Assembly: GCA_043228905.1 (NCBI GenBank)
Contig: JBHGNT010000008.1
Location: 19,530,001-19,594,000 of the forward strand
Source: Azolla caroliniana
Lineage: Eukaryota > Plantae > Polypodiophyta
Length of the DNA stretch: 64,000 nucleotides
Reading direction: 5' to 3'
Position 1 is the first letter of the stretch, and the number at the start of each line of letters is the position of its first letter. Both the position numbers and the translations under genes were made by a program. This document shows, one piece after another, positions 62,817 to 64,000 of this stretch. A model generated the notes under the pieces. The model was not told where the DNA came from. It searched no databases and saw only the letters and a list, made by a program, of their open reading frames with translations.

Positions 62817-64000
62817 TGAAATTCCGTGCTCGGCCACAACCGAGGAACAGGATCGATTCACAGAAAACGGGAAATACAACAATGCACGAAAAACAATAGA
62901 GAGAAAGGTACACTGGATGTTTTACGTGGAAAACCCTAAATGGGAAAAACCACGGGAGTCCTCAAACTCCAACTATCACTATGAACAGGGATGTACACTG
63001 GTGAAGCTACAAGGCAACAACCTTGAGCTCACTGTCTTCGCCACAGGCGGCGGCAATACACAGAGGCAACGACCTCTTCGTCTCTCTCTCTCTCTCTCTC
63101 TCTCGGCTGCTCTCACTTCGCATGAAAATTAAGCAACAACCACATAAAACTGTTTGCCCTAAGTCATATTTATACATATATGACTTTCGGGATATTTACA
63201 AATATAGCCCTGCATCCGGATCTCTCTCCGGGTACATTCGTCATCCGGCTCCGTAGCCGGGGTCTTCATCATCCGGATCCGTATCCGGGTACTCTTCATC
63301 CGGCTTCATGCCGGGTACTCTTCATCCGGCTTCATGCCGGGTACTCTTCATCCGGCTCCGTAACCGCAACCGGGCTTGCCGTCATTCATCTCCGGACATC
63401 CCATCCGGAGGGACCGTAATCCCAACAAACTCCCCCTTCACTTCGGCATGGGATGTCTCTCCAATCCGATCCTCTTCCGGCATGCTTCCAGCTTGTCGGG
63501 TGTGAGCACCTTGGTCAGCATATCCGACCCGTTCTCGTCAGTGTGGATCTTCGTCAGCACGAACTCCTCGTCTTCTATCCTCTCCCGGATCCAGTGGTAT
63601 CTCCGCTGGATGTGTTTCGTCCGGGAATGGTAGGCCGCGTTCTTCGCAAGGTGGATGGCACTCTGACTGTCGCAGTAGAGTCGGTACTCCTCCTGTTGGA
63701 TACCGAGCTCTCTAATGAAGTCCTTCATCCATATTATTTCCTTGCCGGCTTCAACAGCTGCCATGTACTCCGCCTCCGTGGTTGACAACGCAACCGTCTT
63801 CTGCAGCCTCGACTGCCACGAAACGGCTCCCCCTGCATAGGTCATCACATACCCTGATGTGGACCGGCTGGTATCTGCATCAGCCGACATATCCGAATCG
63901 GTGAAGCCGTCGAGTTGGGGCTTACCGGAGCCGAATCGAAGGCACACGTTTGCCGTGCCCTTCAGGTATCGGAGTGTCCACTTGACCGCGTTCCAATGCT
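62817..64000 (-). mobile_element. Nested copia 3' end (LTR 62817-63427, RNase H), continues beyond the window
   Basis: LTR TG...CA with ~26-bp internal repeats; PPT gaagggggag; GFTDSDM...STSGY...STTEAEY...HSRTKHI. Confidence 0.9.

Noticed and set aside
62110-62913. 267-aa ORF with a hydrophobic N-terminus fused to RNase H
   Set aside because: Chance read-through from the nested LTR (junction at 62816/62817) into the interrupted pol.

Overview
This is eukaryotic land-plant nuclear DNA, not prokaryotic. A fern or other seed-free vascular plant is my unverified guess. Four host genes sit in dense nests of transposons: (1) an intronless LYR-motif mitochondrial complex I assembly factor (CIAF1/EMB1793-like, minus); (2) a 3-exon plant-specific 'MSRCYPYPPPGY...LPYVVP' protein (minus); (3) a 15-exon Spinster-type MFS transporter (minus); (4) a 2-exon secreted GH19 chitinase with two tandem hevein (CBM18) domains (plus). 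Most of the rest is Ty1/copia elements (one young full-length copy with a perfect TSD, two older full-length copies, several fragments nested up to four deep), solo LTRs, Ty3/gypsy and LINE relics, non-autonomous TIR elements and microsatellites. The most notable observations are: two large fold-back structures filling the ~6.3 kb Spinster intron, one built from an inverted copia LTR-gag pair (candidate intronic hairpin/siRNA locus); a solo LTR with a perfect heat-shock-element array before its TATA box; a duplicated polypurine tract with a ~245-codon post-RNase H extension in the young copia; a duplicated splice acceptor in Spinster; and the double-hevein, loop-reduced chitinase. Exon boundaries were read by eye from GT-AG sites and frame continuity. 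No database searches were run.
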